From assembly GCA_041652935.1 (NCBI GenBank), contig JBAZGH010000001.1, forward strand, positions 7,393 to 71,392: a DNA stretch of 64,000 nt. Reading direction: 5' to 3'. Both the position numbers and the translations under genes were made by a program. Positions 20,051 through 29,467 of the stretch are shown in pieces. How positions within the stretch are numbered: position 1 is the first letter of the stretch; the number at the start of each line of letters is the position of its first letter. The notes beneath the pieces are model-generated. The model searched no databases. It was not told the origin of the DNA and saw only the letters and a program-made list of their open reading frames with translations. The stretch comes from Patescibacteria group bacterium. GTDB taxonomy: Bacteria; Patescibacteriota; Patescibacteriia; Patescibacteriales; XYC2-FULL-47-12.

Positions 20051-21433
20051 TTACCCCCCGCTCGCATCCCGCCCCAACAACACAGTCCGAATAGTTTTGA
20101 GCATAATAACCAGGTCTAAAAATAAGGACCTGTTTTTTATATAGTATAAATCGTACTGCAGTTTTTTTACCGTGTCCTCTACCGTCGGAGAGTGGTATTC
20201 GCCGCAGACCTGGTCCCAACCGGAAATTCCCGGCTTAACCAGGGTGCGCTCGTTGTAAAAAGGAATTTGTTCTTGCAGTTGGCTTGCCAGATTAGGCCGC
20301 TCCGGACGGGGCCCGATTAAACTCATTTCACCTTTTAAAATATTTATCACTTGCGGTATTTCATCAATTCTAGTATTGCGTAAGAAGTAACCAAACTTAG
20401 TAATGCGGGCATCGTTAGGAACGGTTGGCCGCCCAGTATTTCCCTCCTCGCGCATTGTCCGGAATTTTATTAAGTTAATCGGCCTATTATTTTTTCCGGC
20501 CCGTTCTTGCCTATAAAATATTGTACCGCGGCTTTCTATTTTTATAATGGCTGCGATAATTGGCCAAAACGGCAGGGTGATTAGAAAAATAAAAAGGGCG
20601 ATAATTATATCATAGACCCTTTTTATTTTATCAAACCATGATTTTCCGCCCTCCTGCAGATTTTCTAAAAACCACATTTGGTTAATTGATTCTACTGGAA
20701 TTTTGCCGGTTATTTTTTCATAGAAGTTCGGCAGGCTGGAAAAATTTATTCCCAAGTGCAGGCAGTCAAATAAATTTGATCGGATTTCATTTGAGGTTTG
20801 GGCATCATCAGTCAAAATGACCGAGGAAATTTTATGTTCCAGCAGGTATTTTTTAATATTGGCAATGTCTTTATAATGTTTTACTTCATATAATCCCCGC
20901 TCATAGATATCGCCCTTATATAATACGAAAGATATCCTTAGCCCTAAATGCGGATTATCATTAAAATATTTTATCAATTCTTTTGTTTTTTCGTTATATC
21001 CGATAATCGCTATTTTATTTTTCGGCAAATAAGACTTCAGCGTTTTATTATAAATCTGCCGCCAGATTAAAAATAAAGCCGCGGTAATGACAATATCAAT
21101 CAAAAGATTCCTTTTCGGCGCGATGTTTAAATTAGGCATTAAATAGAAGAAAGCGGAGCCGAGCAGGAAGGAAAAAAACAAAGCCAGCGCGGTATGGGTA
21201 TAAAATTTAGCGTTATTAATCGCGATGGTAAGGTCGTATAAATTGCTGATATAAAAAATCAGCAGCCATAAAATAAAAACGGCTGTAAACGGGCCGATAT
21301 GGTCGGGCCATTGGCGCGGCATGGTTTCGTTCCCATATCTAACCAGCAGAGTTAAATACAATGAAACATATAGTATGCCGATATCGCCCAGCAGAAGAAG
21401 GTATTTTTTAAATTGGAGTGAGTAGTACTTCAT
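20051..21433 (-). CDS. polyprenyl glycosylphosphotransferase (WcaJ/WbaP-like priming sugar transferase)
   Basis: N-terminal TM helices, KFRTM, D.RIT, RIDEIPQ, GEMSLIGPRPERP, KPGISGW.Q, YDLYY. Confidence 0.92.
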   Translation of the reverse strand: MKYYSLQFKKYLLLLGDIGILYVSLYLTLLVRYGNETMPRQWPDHIGPFTAVFILWLLIFYISNLYDLTIAINNAKFYTHTALALFFSFLLGSAFFYLMPNLNIAPKRNLLIDIVITAALFLIWRQIYNKTLKSYLPKNKIAIIGYNEKTKELIKYFNDNPHLGLRISFVLYKGDIYERGLYEVKHYKDIANIKKYLLEHKISSVILTDDAQTSNEIRSNLFDCLHLGINFSSLPNFYEKITGKIPVESINQMWFLENLQEGGKSWFDKIKRVYDIIIALFIFLITLPFWPIIAAIIKIESRGTIFYRQERAGKNNRPINLIKFRTMREEGNTGRPTVPNDARITKFGYFLRNTRIDEIPQVINILKGEMSLIGPRPERPNLASQLQEQIPFYNERTLVKPGISGWDQVCGEYHSPTVEDTVKKLQYDLYYIKNRSLFLDLVIMLKTIRTVLLGRDASGG

Positions 21434-21440
21434 GGGTAGG

Positions 21441-21469
21441 ATTATAGTATATTTTTAAGATAAAAGCAA
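21441..21469 (-). promoter_or_regulatory. sigma70 promoter, probably leaderless transcript
   Basis: TTGCTT-17 bp-TATAAT, ATG 7 nt downstream. Confidence 0.7.
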
Positions 21470-21512
21470 GTTTAGTTTATCTGAGCGCCAAGAGTTTTTG
21501 GCGCTGGATTTA

Positions 21513-21541
21513 TTTACATTTTTTATTTTTTATGTTATCAT
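21513..21541 (+). promoter_or_regulatory. sigma70 promoter for the radical SAM gene
   Basis: TTTACA-17 bp-TATCAT with TGn. Confidence 0.6.
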
Positions 21542-21626
21542 ATTCGGAACGCTGCTTTAGTTTTAAAAAGCAGTTTTTAGATAGGTCTTTGTAAAAAAAC
21601 GAAAAAAACGAATAGGAGACGGTGCT

Positions 21627-23297
21627 ATGACAAAAAAAATGTTAGCAGAGCTGTTTGTCAGAGCTATCGACCCACAATTTGGAGAAGACAACATCTATCG
21701 GAATCCAGCCCAAATAACCATTTCCTTGGGACCGGTAATGATCGCGACTGTTGTCCAGGAGCGCGTAGCAGGTGTAGAAGCTGAAGTTGTGTCGGAAAAC
21801 AATTTCCGGCCATTTCTAAGAAAAGCTCCCTTGGACGGGAGGGGAATGCCCGACCATCTGGCTTTGCAAAAAGAGCGACCGGCAGAATTCATTTTTATCT
21901 CGGCGAGCATCAGCAACGCGGTCCCACGGGCGCTGGAACTCATCGGCATTTACCGCAACATGCCCGAGGAGCTAAGACCGAAATGGATTGTGGTCGGCGG
22001 CTGGCATGCCGGAGACAGCCCCAAGGAATTTCTGCTTGCCGGGGCCGATATCGTCGTCCATGGCGAAGGCGAGCCCGTCGTTAAGTCAATTATTGACGCG
22101 CTAAAAGGCGATTTGCCGCTGGAAAAAGTGCCTGGGATTTCCTATTGGTCGGCGGACGGGCAGATAAAAAGGAATCCGGTTTTTGACAAGCGCTATGAAG
22201 GGGAAGAGGGGTTTATTATCGTTCCGCCCGAAGAGATGGACCTTTTGCCTTACCCGAATTTCGGACTGGTGCGCTGGGCAAAAATAGAGATAATACCCAT
22301 AAGCAGAACAAGGGGTTGCGGCGGGAAGTGCCGTTTCTGCCGAGTTAAGGGAGAAGCGAGAGTTATTTCCCCAAAACGCCTTGCGGAACAGATAGAATCT
22401 CTGTGCAGCCAGGGGTATAGGCGATTTTTCCTAGTCGACGATCGCTCGGAAGAGGATATGGAAGGATTCATCGCTTGGTTGCAAGAAATAGTGAAATTGC
22501 GAAGGGAGAGGAAAATCCGGTGGATCTACATTACGGTCCAAAGCCGGTTATCCGCCGCCAATGACGAAGAACTGCTGCGGCTGATGCACGAGGCGGGAAT
22601 ACAGACAGTGGCAATCGGGGTTGAATCGGTTATTCCTGAAGAGTTGAGGGCCATGAAGAAGCCTATGAGCCAAGACCTTAATGAAATCGTCAGATTGATC
22701 AAGGTTTGGAAAAAACATGGCTTTTTCACGCATGCGATGCTCATCTTCGGCTATCCAATGCCATCCAAATCCAATCCGTTCCGCATGGATATTAAAGAGC
22801 GCGTCGCCAGATTCTGGTATTTTATCAAGGAGGCAAATCCGGACACGTTGCAGGTTTTAGCCTTAACGCCGATTCTGGGTACAGAGGACTGGCGAGATCT
22901 TGAAAGTCAAAACAGGATCTTCAGGGACTTGGGATGGCAGAATTGGGACGGCCTGCATGTGGTTTTCAGGCCGGATGAGCCCTTAACCGCCCCGCAGGTG
23001 CAGAGGGCTATTATTTATCTGCAGGACAGGTTTTATTCTTTTCTGTGGCTTAACATTCACGGAATTGCTTCTGTGGCGTTGAGAGCTTGCTATATCGGAT
23101 TGCTTGCGTTGGCTATGCCCTTTGTCTGGGCGCTTCTAATGCCTTTTAAGGGATTGGTTCCTAAATTAGCTTTTCGGCCCTGGCACAGGGTATGGCGCAA
23201 CACTATTCGCCGTCTTGGAGCCCAACTGATAGTTTTACGGGTTAAGGAAAAGCTTATTCCCTTCCTGCAAAAACTTGAAGAGCGTGAAGAACGTTAA
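21627..23297 (+). CDS. B12-binding-domain radical SAM protein
   Basis: VGGWHA and VHGEGE (cobalamin-binding domain), TRGCGGKCRFC, IGVES, IFGYP. AGGAG SD upstream. Confidence 0.85.
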   Translation: MTKKMLAELFVRAIDPQFGEDNIYRNPAQITISLGPVMIATVVQERVAGVEAEVVSENNFRPFLRKAPLDGRGMPDHLALQKERPAEFIFISASISNAVPRALELIGIYRNMPEELRPKWIVVGGWHAGDSPKEFLLAGADIVVHGEGEPVVKSIIDALKGDLPLEKVPGISYWSADGQIKRNPVFDKRYEGEEGFIIVPPEEMDLLPYPNFGLVRWAKIEIIPISRTRGCGGKCRFCRVKGEARVISPKRLAEQIESLCSQGYRRFFLVDDRSEEDMEGFIAWLQEIVKLRRERKIRWIYITVQSRLSAANDEELLRLMHEAGIQTVAIGVESVIPEELRAMKKPMSQDLNEIVRLIKVWKKHGFFTHAMLIFGYPMPSKSNPFRMDIKERVARFWYFIKEANPDTLQVLALTPILGTEDWRDLESQNRIFRDLGWQNWDGLHVVFRPDEPLTAPQVQRAIIYLQDRFYSFLWLNIHGIASVALRACYIGLLALAMPFVWALLMPFKGLVPKLAFRPWHRVWRNTIRRLGAQLIVLRVKEKLIPFLQKLEEREER

Positions 23298-23309
23298 ATT
23301 TCTAATAAC

Positions 23310-23345
23310 CCCGTTTGAGTTAACACCTCAGCGGGTTTTTATTTT
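23310..23345 (+). terminator. intrinsic terminator
   Basis: CCCGTTTGAG/CTCAGCGGG stem followed by a T-tract. Confidence 0.65.
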
Positions 23346-23348
23346 AAG

Positions 23349-23377
23349 TTGAATAACTATAAATAATCTGCTATATT
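23349..23377 (+). promoter_or_regulatory. sigma70 promoter of holB, probably leaderless
   Basis: TTGAAT-17 bp-TATATT with TGn, ATG 6 nt later. Confidence 0.65.
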
Positions 23378-23383
23378 AAATAC

Positions 23384-24403
23384 ATGAATAACGACAAAAA
23401 ATATGAATTTAACTGGCCGTTTTTCGGCAACCAGCACATCATCGATTTTTTACAGACCGGGATAAGCAATAACAGCCTGTCGCACTTTTATATTTTTTCC
23501 GGACCGCGGGATTTGGGGAAGTCAACGCTGGCTAATTTTTTTTCCCGTTCAATTTTGTGCGAAAATTTTAATGCCAAAAGAGGAAAACTGCCCTGTGGCG
23601 AATGCGTAAATTGCCGGCAGAAAAAGCACAGCGATATTACTGTGGTTGAAAAAGAAGCGGATAAAAAAAATATATCAATCGAGCAAATCAGGGAATTCAT
23701 AAAAATGATGAATATGGGTTCGTTTGGCAATTCCTATAAAATAGGAATTATCAGGGAAGCTGAAAATTTAAGCATTGAAGCGGCCAACGCGCTTTTAAAA
23801 ACACTGGAAGAACCAAAAAATAAAGTTTTAATAATAGCCCTTACTTCTTGGCTGGATAAATTGCCGCTGACGGTTAAATCCCGCGGCCAGACGCTTCTTT
23901 TTAAGCCCACAAGCCATGCCGGCATTTATGATTATTTAATAAAAGAGCATAAAGCGTCGCGCGACTTTGCCCTGAAACTTTCAAAAATATCAGTCGGCCG
24001 GCCGGCTTTGGCTGCCAAGTTGTTTCAGGAGGAAGAATTATTTAAACAGAGAAAACAAACCGCTGAATCGCTGATTAATGTTATAAGGGGGGATTTAAAT
24101 TTAAAATTTAAAGAAATAGATAGTTTATTGGGCGCGGGAAAAAATACTCAAGAGCAGAGGGAAAACGCCTTATTTATCTTAGAAATTTGGCAGACTATCG
24201 CCAGGGATCTTTTAATGATTCAGTCCGGATTGAGCGAATTTTCTATAAATGGATTTTCCTCTTCAGAATTAAATAGATTAAATTTAAACAGCCATGGTCT
24301 GATAATGCTGAATGACAATATTAAAAAAGGAAGGGGATATTTAGCCGCTAATGTTAATCCTAAATTAGTTTTGGAAAATATCTGCCTACAAATTACGAAT
24401 TAG
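23384..24403 (+). CDS. holB: DNA polymerase III subunit delta'
   Basis: GPRDLGKST, C..PCGECVNC zinc site, ISIEQIR, AANALLKTLEEP, SR. Confidence 0.88.
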   Translation: MNNDKKYEFNWPFFGNQHIIDFLQTGISNNSLSHFYIFSGPRDLGKSTLANFFSRSILCENFNAKRGKLPCGECVNCRQKKHSDITVVEKEADKKNISIEQIREFIKMMNMGSFGNSYKIGIIREAENLSIEAANALLKTLEEPKNKVLIIALTSWLDKLPLTVKSRGQTLLFKPTSHAGIYDYLIKEHKASRDFALKLSKISVGRPALAAKLFQEEELFKQRKQTAESLINVIRGDLNLKFKEIDSLLGAGKNTQEQRENALFILEIWQTIARDLLMIQSGLSEFSINGFSSSELNRLNLNSHGLIMLNDNIKKGRGYLAANVNPKLVLENICLQITN

Positions 24404-24484
24404 TTTATAAAGTTTAAAAGTTGAAAGTTAAAAAGTTCTTGTAAATAAAATACTTTTTAACTTTTAACTTTCTAACTTTTAATT
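24402..24484. repeat. inverted array of 7/8-mer AAAGTT units around spacer TGTAAATAAAATA
   Basis: Left (AAAGTT)n, right (AACTTT)n. Near-identical layout at 26183-26267. Confidence 0.85.
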
Positions 24485-24496
24485 AATAATTATTAT

Positions 24497-25612
24497 ATGT
24501 TTAAACAACACAAAAAAGTTATATCACTTATTTTATTATTATTTGTCGCTTTGGGTTTGAGCGGCTGCAGCATTACCTTCGGGACTTCAAGCAATTCTTC
24601 AATGATTGACGGAGGGGTTTATAAGAGTTTTAACCGGGGTGTTGTTTGGAAGCAAAATTCCCTGGTCGCCTCAACCGGCAGCAAGGCAGTAAGTTTTAAT
24701 TCCGCCAACGTGGTCGCGTTAGCGATTGATCCGCAGGATGAGAACGCGATTTACGCCGGCACAGACAACGGTGGAATGCTTTATTCATACGACGGCGGAG
24801 CCAGCTGGAGCGTTGCCCGCGACTTAGGAAAAAGGTATGTGAAAGACATAAAAATAAGCCCGGTTGATAAATGCACAATTTATATTGCTTCCGAGAATAA
24901 AGTATTTAAGTCCGACGACTGCAGCCGGACATGGGATGATGTGTATTATGATAATAATACCGGCGTAATGATAAGAAGTTTAGCAATAGACCCCAGAAAT
25001 GAAAATATAATTTATGCCGGAACTTCGCGGGGAGATGTCATCACATCCTCAGATGCCGGAAAATCATGGAGCGCGCTGAAAAGATTCAGCGAAGATAAAT
25101 TATTCCGCGGCAAGAGCGAGATGAATATTATAAAAATTATTGTCAACCCAAAAAACAGTAATAATTTATGGATAGCCACCGAAGCCAACGGAGTCTTTAA
25201 AAGTATGGATAGGGGGGCGACTTGGCAGAGTTTTGAAGAAGAGTTTAAAGAAATTAACACTTCTAATTCAATATTAGTCAGTGATTTTGATCTTTTTGCC
25301 GGAGACGGGAAAACTATTATAGTTGCTACTAAAGCTGGATTATTAAGAAGTTTTGACGCCGGCGCGCATTGGCAGGTAGTTGATTTAGTCCCTCCATCAG
25401 ACAGCACCGCCATTAACGCGGTTAGGATGCATCCAACCGACGCCAGCATTATCTATTACGCTACAAACACCTCGTTTGGCAGCACAGACGACGGCGGGCA
25501 GGAATGGACCTCAAAGAAACTGCCAAGCACCCGGGCTGGCGCAGTTTTAATATCTGATCCAAGTGATTCTGACGTAGTTTATTTAGGAGTCAAATCAATA
25601 GTTCAGAAATAA
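24497..25612 (+). CDS. lipoprotein with BNR/Asp-box beta-propeller (YCF48/VPS10-like)
   Basis: LSGC lipobox and repeated S.D.G.[ST]W. Confidence 0.8.
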   Translation: MFKQHKKVISLILLLFVALGLSGCSITFGTSSNSSMIDGGVYKSFNRGVVWKQNSLVASTGSKAVSFNSANVVALAIDPQDENAIYAGTDNGGMLYSYDGGASWSVARDLGKRYVKDIKISPVDKCTIYIASENKVFKSDDCSRTWDDVYYDNNTGVMIRSLAIDPRNENIIYAGTSRGDVITSSDAGKSWSALKRFSEDKLFRGKSEMNIIKIIVNPKNSNNLWIATEANGVFKSMDRGATWQSFEEEFKEINTSNSILVSDFDLFAGDGKTIIVATKAGLLRSFDAGAHWQVVDLVPPSDSTAINAVRMHPTDASIIYYATNTSFGSTDDGGQEWTSKKLPSTRAGAVLISDPSDSDVVYLGVKSIVQK

Positions 25613-25630
25613 TTAAATAAATTTATAAAT

Positions 25631-26185
25631 ATGAACCAATACATTCAACAATATCAAGGAGAATTAACGCAGGCGATTGAGCATTTTAAAAAAGAAATTG
25701 CCAGCATCCGCACCGGGCGGGCAAACCCGGCCATATTGGACGCCGTACAAGTTGAATCTTACGGCGTTAAAGTCCCGTTACAGCAAGTGGGCAATATTTC
25801 AGTAGTTGACGCGCATTGCATGACCATAACTCCCTGGGATAAAAATATATTAAAAGAGGTTGAAAAAGGAATTGTAGAGGCAGACCTGGGAATTTCACCG
25901 GTTAACGAGGGTGATAAAATAAGAATTACTATTCCCCAGCCGACCGAAGAAGACCGCAAAAGCAGGGTAAAGAAACTAAATGAAAAATTGGAAGTTTCCC
26001 GCGTGCAAATAAGGCAAGCCAGAGATAAGATAAAAGACGCCATAGAAAAAGCGGAAGACGATAAAGATATTTCCGAGGATGATAAATTCAGGTTTTTGAA
26101 GGAAATGGAAGAAATAGTAAAGAACAACAATGATAAATTGCAAGAAATAAGAGACGGCAAGGAGAAGGAGATAATGACCATCTAA
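25631..26185 (+). CDS. frr: ribosome recycling factor
   Basis: IRTGRANP, YG...PL, PWD, P.PTEE.R, ISEDD. Confidence 0.96.
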   Translation: MNQYIQQYQGELTQAIEHFKKEIASIRTGRANPAILDAVQVESYGVKVPLQQVGNISVVDAHCMTITPWDKNILKEVEKGIVEADLGISPVNEGDKIRITIPQPTEEDRKSRVKKLNEKLEVSRVQIRQARDKIKDAIEKAEDDKDISEDDKFRFLKEMEEIVKNNNDKLQEIRDGKEKEIMTI

Positions 26186-26267
26186 GTTAGAAAGTTGAAA
26201 GTCAAAAGTTATAAAGTGCCTGTAAACAAAATACTTTCTAACTTTCAACTTTTAAACTTTTAACTTA
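26183..26267. repeat. inverted array of 7/8-mer AAAGTT units around spacer TGTAAACAAAATA
   Basis: TAAGTTA...TAACTTA termini. Starts at the frr stop and ends 4 nt before the rseP ATG. Confidence 0.85.
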
Positions 26268-26271
26268 CACT

Positions 26272-27420
26272 ATGTTCACAACAATTATTATATTTTTAGT
26301 TATTTTATCTATTCTAGTTTTTGCCCACGAACTGGGACATTTTTGGACTGCCAAGAAACTGGGCTTAACGCCCAAAGAGTTTGGCTTTGGTTTTCCTCCC
26401 AGAATTGGAGGGTTTTATAAAACTAAGCAAGGCAAATGGCGTTGGAAATGGGGGGGCGGTAAAATAGAAAATATAACGGGAACAATTTACTCAATAAATT
26501 ATCTGCCATTGGGAGGATTTGTTAATGTCGGCGAAGATGATGACATTGGAGGAGACGAAGAGTTAAAAAATGACCCAAAACATTTTAAAAACCAAAAGCC
26601 ATGGAAGCGAGGTGTGATTTTAACCGCCGGGGTGGTGATGAATTTAATACTGGCGGCCGTATTTTTTTCTATCGGCTATATGATTGGTTTGCCTAAAGTT
26701 GTGGATGAGGTTGGTCCGGGAGCGCGGTTTTCGGAAAAAAATATCCAAGTTGTCCAGATTCTTAGCAATACTCCGGCCGAGGAAGCGGGAGTTAAGGTGG
26801 GGGATATAATCATATCGATAAATGGGCAGGAATTTGCAAATTACAAAGATTTAAGCGATTTTGCCGCTTCTAAAAATAATGAACAGCTTGATTATAAAAT
26901 TAAGCGCGGCAAAGAAGAGCTGGATTTAATGATTGTTCCAGAGCCGATTTTTGAAAATGACAATATACCGGGAATTGGAATCGCGATTGCCGAAACCGGC
27001 TTAGTTAGTTATCCATGGTATCTGGCGATTTGGGAAGGTATAAAAACAACCATATTTTTAACCTGGTATATCATAGTTGCTTTTGCAGTTCTGATTAAAA
27101 GTTTAATAATGGGTCATGGAGCCGGGGTGGAAATAGCCGGACCGGTTGGAATCGCCAATATGACGGGGCAGATGGCGCAGCTGGGCTTTGTTTATATTCT
27201 GCAGTTTTCCGCTATTTTATCGATTAACCTGGCGATTATAAATTATTTGCCGTTTCCGGCGCTGGATGGCGGGCGGGTGTTATTTTTAATTATAGAAAAA
27301 TTCCGCGGCAAGCCGGTTTCGGAAAAAGTAGAAGCCTTTATGCATAATTTGGGCTTTATATTATTAATGCTCGCGGTTGCGGTTGTAACTCTTAGGGATG
27401 TGTTAAAATTGTTTAATTAA
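26272..27420 (+). CDS. rseP: RIP metalloprotease RseP (site-2 protease with PDZ)
   Basis: HELGH, PLGGFV, AGVVMN, PDZ, NYLPFPALDGG. Confidence 0.93.
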   Translation: MFTTIIIFLVILSILVFAHELGHFWTAKKLGLTPKEFGFGFPPRIGGFYKTKQGKWRWKWGGGKIENITGTIYSINYLPLGGFVNVGEDDDIGGDEELKNDPKHFKNQKPWKRGVILTAGVVMNLILAAVFFSIGYMIGLPKVVDEVGPGARFSEKNIQVVQILSNTPAEEAGVKVGDIIISINGQEFANYKDLSDFAASKNNEQLDYKIKRGKEELDLMIVPEPIFENDNIPGIGIAIAETGLVSYPWYLAIWEGIKTTIFLTWYIIVAFAVLIKSLIMGHGAGVEIAGPVGIANMTGQMAQLGFVYILQFSAILSINLAIINYLPFPALDGGRVLFLIIEKFRGKPVSEKVEAFMHNLGFILLMLAVAVVTLRDVLKLFN

Positions 27421-27424
27421 ATAA

Positions 27425-29077
27425 ATGATTAAAAAATTATTCACCTCTAAAATAAATTCAATTACTTCAGCAGCAATAATTGTCGCGGCGGCGTCGGTAG
27501 CCAGCCGCTTTTTAGGTATTTTCCGCGATAGGATTTTAGCCGGTGAATTCGGCGCCGGCGATACGCTTGATATCTATTATGCCGCTTTTCGCGTTCCTGA
27601 TTTAGTTTTTAATTTGCTTGTTTTAGGCGCGCTGTCAGCCGGTTTTATCCCGGTATTTGCCGGCTTATGCGAGAAAAAATCCGTTTTTAAATTTTTATGC
27701 CGCGGTAAAGAGAAGTGCGGCCAAGAGGCCTGGTATGTCGCCAACGCGGTAGTGAACTTAATCGGCATTTCTTTGATTATTATTTCAGCAATTTTAGTTA
27801 TTTTTACTCCCCAACTAATGCGTTTAATTACTCCAGGATTTGACGGGGAAAAGTTAAGCATGACAATAGCAATGACCCGCATTATGTTTTTATCTCCATT
27901 CTTTTTGGGTTTAAGTTCGGTTATGGGCGGAATTTTACAGTCATTTAAAAGATTTTTTGTCTATTCAGTCGCGCCGATAATGTATAATATCGGGATTATA
28001 ATCGGCGCTTTGTATTTTGTTCCGATTTGGGGAATTTACGGCTTGGCCTATGGAGTCGTTTTCGGCGCCCTGCTGCATTTTTTAATTCAGGTTCCGACTG
28101 CTTTCCATCTTGGCTACCGTTGGCAGCCGGTGCTTAATTTAAAAAATAAAAATGTCAGGGAAATAATAAAGATGATGGTTCCCCGGACAATGAGTTTGGC
28201 GATTTCCCAGATAAATTTAGTTGTAATTACTATTATCGCCTCTACTCTAGCGGCCGGCAGTTTGGCGATTTTTAATTTTGCCAATAATTTACAGTCATTT
28301 CCCATAGGCATATTCGGCATTTCTTTCGCGATAGCGGCTTTTCCAACCCTATCGTCTTTAGCGGATAGAAAGGAAGAACTAATCCGCAATTTTTCCAAAG
28401 TATTGCGCCAAATTATTTTTTTCATTCTGCCGGCAACAGTTTTCATACTGACTTTGCGCGTGCAAATTATCCGCGTTGTTCTCGGAAGCGGCCAGTTTGA
28501 CTGGGAAGACACTATTTTAACCATGGATACTTTGACTTTTTTTAGTTTAAGTTTATTCGCGCAAGCAACCATCCCGCTTTTAATCCGCATGTTTTACGCC
28601 CAGAAAGACAGCAAGACTCCATTCATTGTCGGCTTAATTTCAGCCATAGCTAATATATTTTTAAGTTTGTGGCTTGCCTCCCGCATGGGCATAGCCGGTT
28701 TGGCGCTGGCTTTTTCCATCGCCATGATAATAAATTTTGCCCTGCTTTGGCTTTTATTAAAAGCAAGGTTGGGCGAATTGGATGAAGTAAATATACTCTA
28801 CTCAACTTTAAAAATTTCTTTAGCCAGTATTTGCGCAGGTCTGGGCGTACAGGCCATGAAATTAATCGTCGGCTCTTCTGCGGTTATTGACATGACCCGT
28901 TTTTGGGGTATATTTACCCAAAGTGCTGTTGCTGGAATTTTCGGCTTGTTTATTTTTATTCTGCTTTGCTGGATGCTGCATGTGGAAGAGCTTTATAATT
29001 TTGTCCGCAGCATCCGCGCCAGAGCCAAGCGGGAAAAAGTTGAAACCGAGGGGCATGGCGAAGCGCGAGGCATTTAA
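27425..29077 (+). CDS. murJ: lipid II flippase MurJ
   Basis: SRFLGIFRD, AFRVPD, GALSAGFIP, RMFYA.KD.KTP. Confidence 0.93.
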   Translation: MIKKLFTSKINSITSAAIIVAAASVASRFLGIFRDRILAGEFGAGDTLDIYYAAFRVPDLVFNLLVLGALSAGFIPVFAGLCEKKSVFKFLCRGKEKCGQEAWYVANAVVNLIGISLIIISAILVIFTPQLMRLITPGFDGEKLSMTIAMTRIMFLSPFFLGLSSVMGGILQSFKRFFVYSVAPIMYNIGIIIGALYFVPIWGIYGLAYGVVFGALLHFLIQVPTAFHLGYRWQPVLNLKNKNVREIIKMMVPRTMSLAISQINLVVITIIASTLAAGSLAIFNFANNLQSFPIGIFGISFAIAAFPTLSSLADRKEELIRNFSKVLRQIIFFILPATVFILTLRVQIIRVVLGSGQFDWEDTILTMDTLTFFSLSLFAQATIPLLIRMFYAQKDSKTPFIVGLISAIANIFLSLWLASRMGIAGLALAFSIAMIINFALLWLLLKARLGELDEVNILYSTLKISLASICAGLGVQAMKLIVGSSAVIDMTRFWGIFTQSAVAGIFGLFIFILLCWMLHVEELYNFVRSIRARAKREKVETEGHGEARGI

Positions 29078-29107
29078 CACTTAATAAATAACAATTAATA
29101 TTTAATT

Positions 29108-29416
29108 ATGAACAAAATTAATAATTTCCACAAAACAACCATCTTTACTTTTACGCTCGCTTTATTATTTATTTTTTCCGCTATTTTAGTGCAGATAAAA
29201 GGGCAAAGCGAGTTGAGTATGAATTGCAGTTATCTTGACCCCATCACCATAGATATTTTTGCTTTTATATTCGCCCTATTTTTAGTTATTGAAGGAATGT
29301 ATAAAATATATCAGGATAAAGATGCGGCATTGACGAAACAAATGACGAGGAGCATTAGAGTTTCCGTTGGCATGGCTATTTTAACTCTCCATATTCTGCA
29401 GTTTTTTTATAAGTAG
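29108..29416 (+). CDS. hypothetical membrane protein (about 3 TM)
   Basis: Co-oriented 102 aa ORF with hydrophobic segments. Confidence 0.7.
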   Translation: MNKINNFHKTTIFTFTLALLFIFSAILVQIKGQSELSMNCSYLDPITIDIFAFIFALFLVIEGMYKIYQDKDAALTKQMTRSIRVSVGMAILTLHILQFFYK

Positions 29417-29467
29417 CAGCGGAATCTGTAAATAAAAAACGTAAATTATTAATATATAATTTATTTT

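Noticed and set aside
24497-25612. Asp-box protein as a sialidase linked to the nonulosonate locus
   Set aside because: Asp-boxes occur in many propellers, and no FRIP-like motif or arginine triad was recognised.
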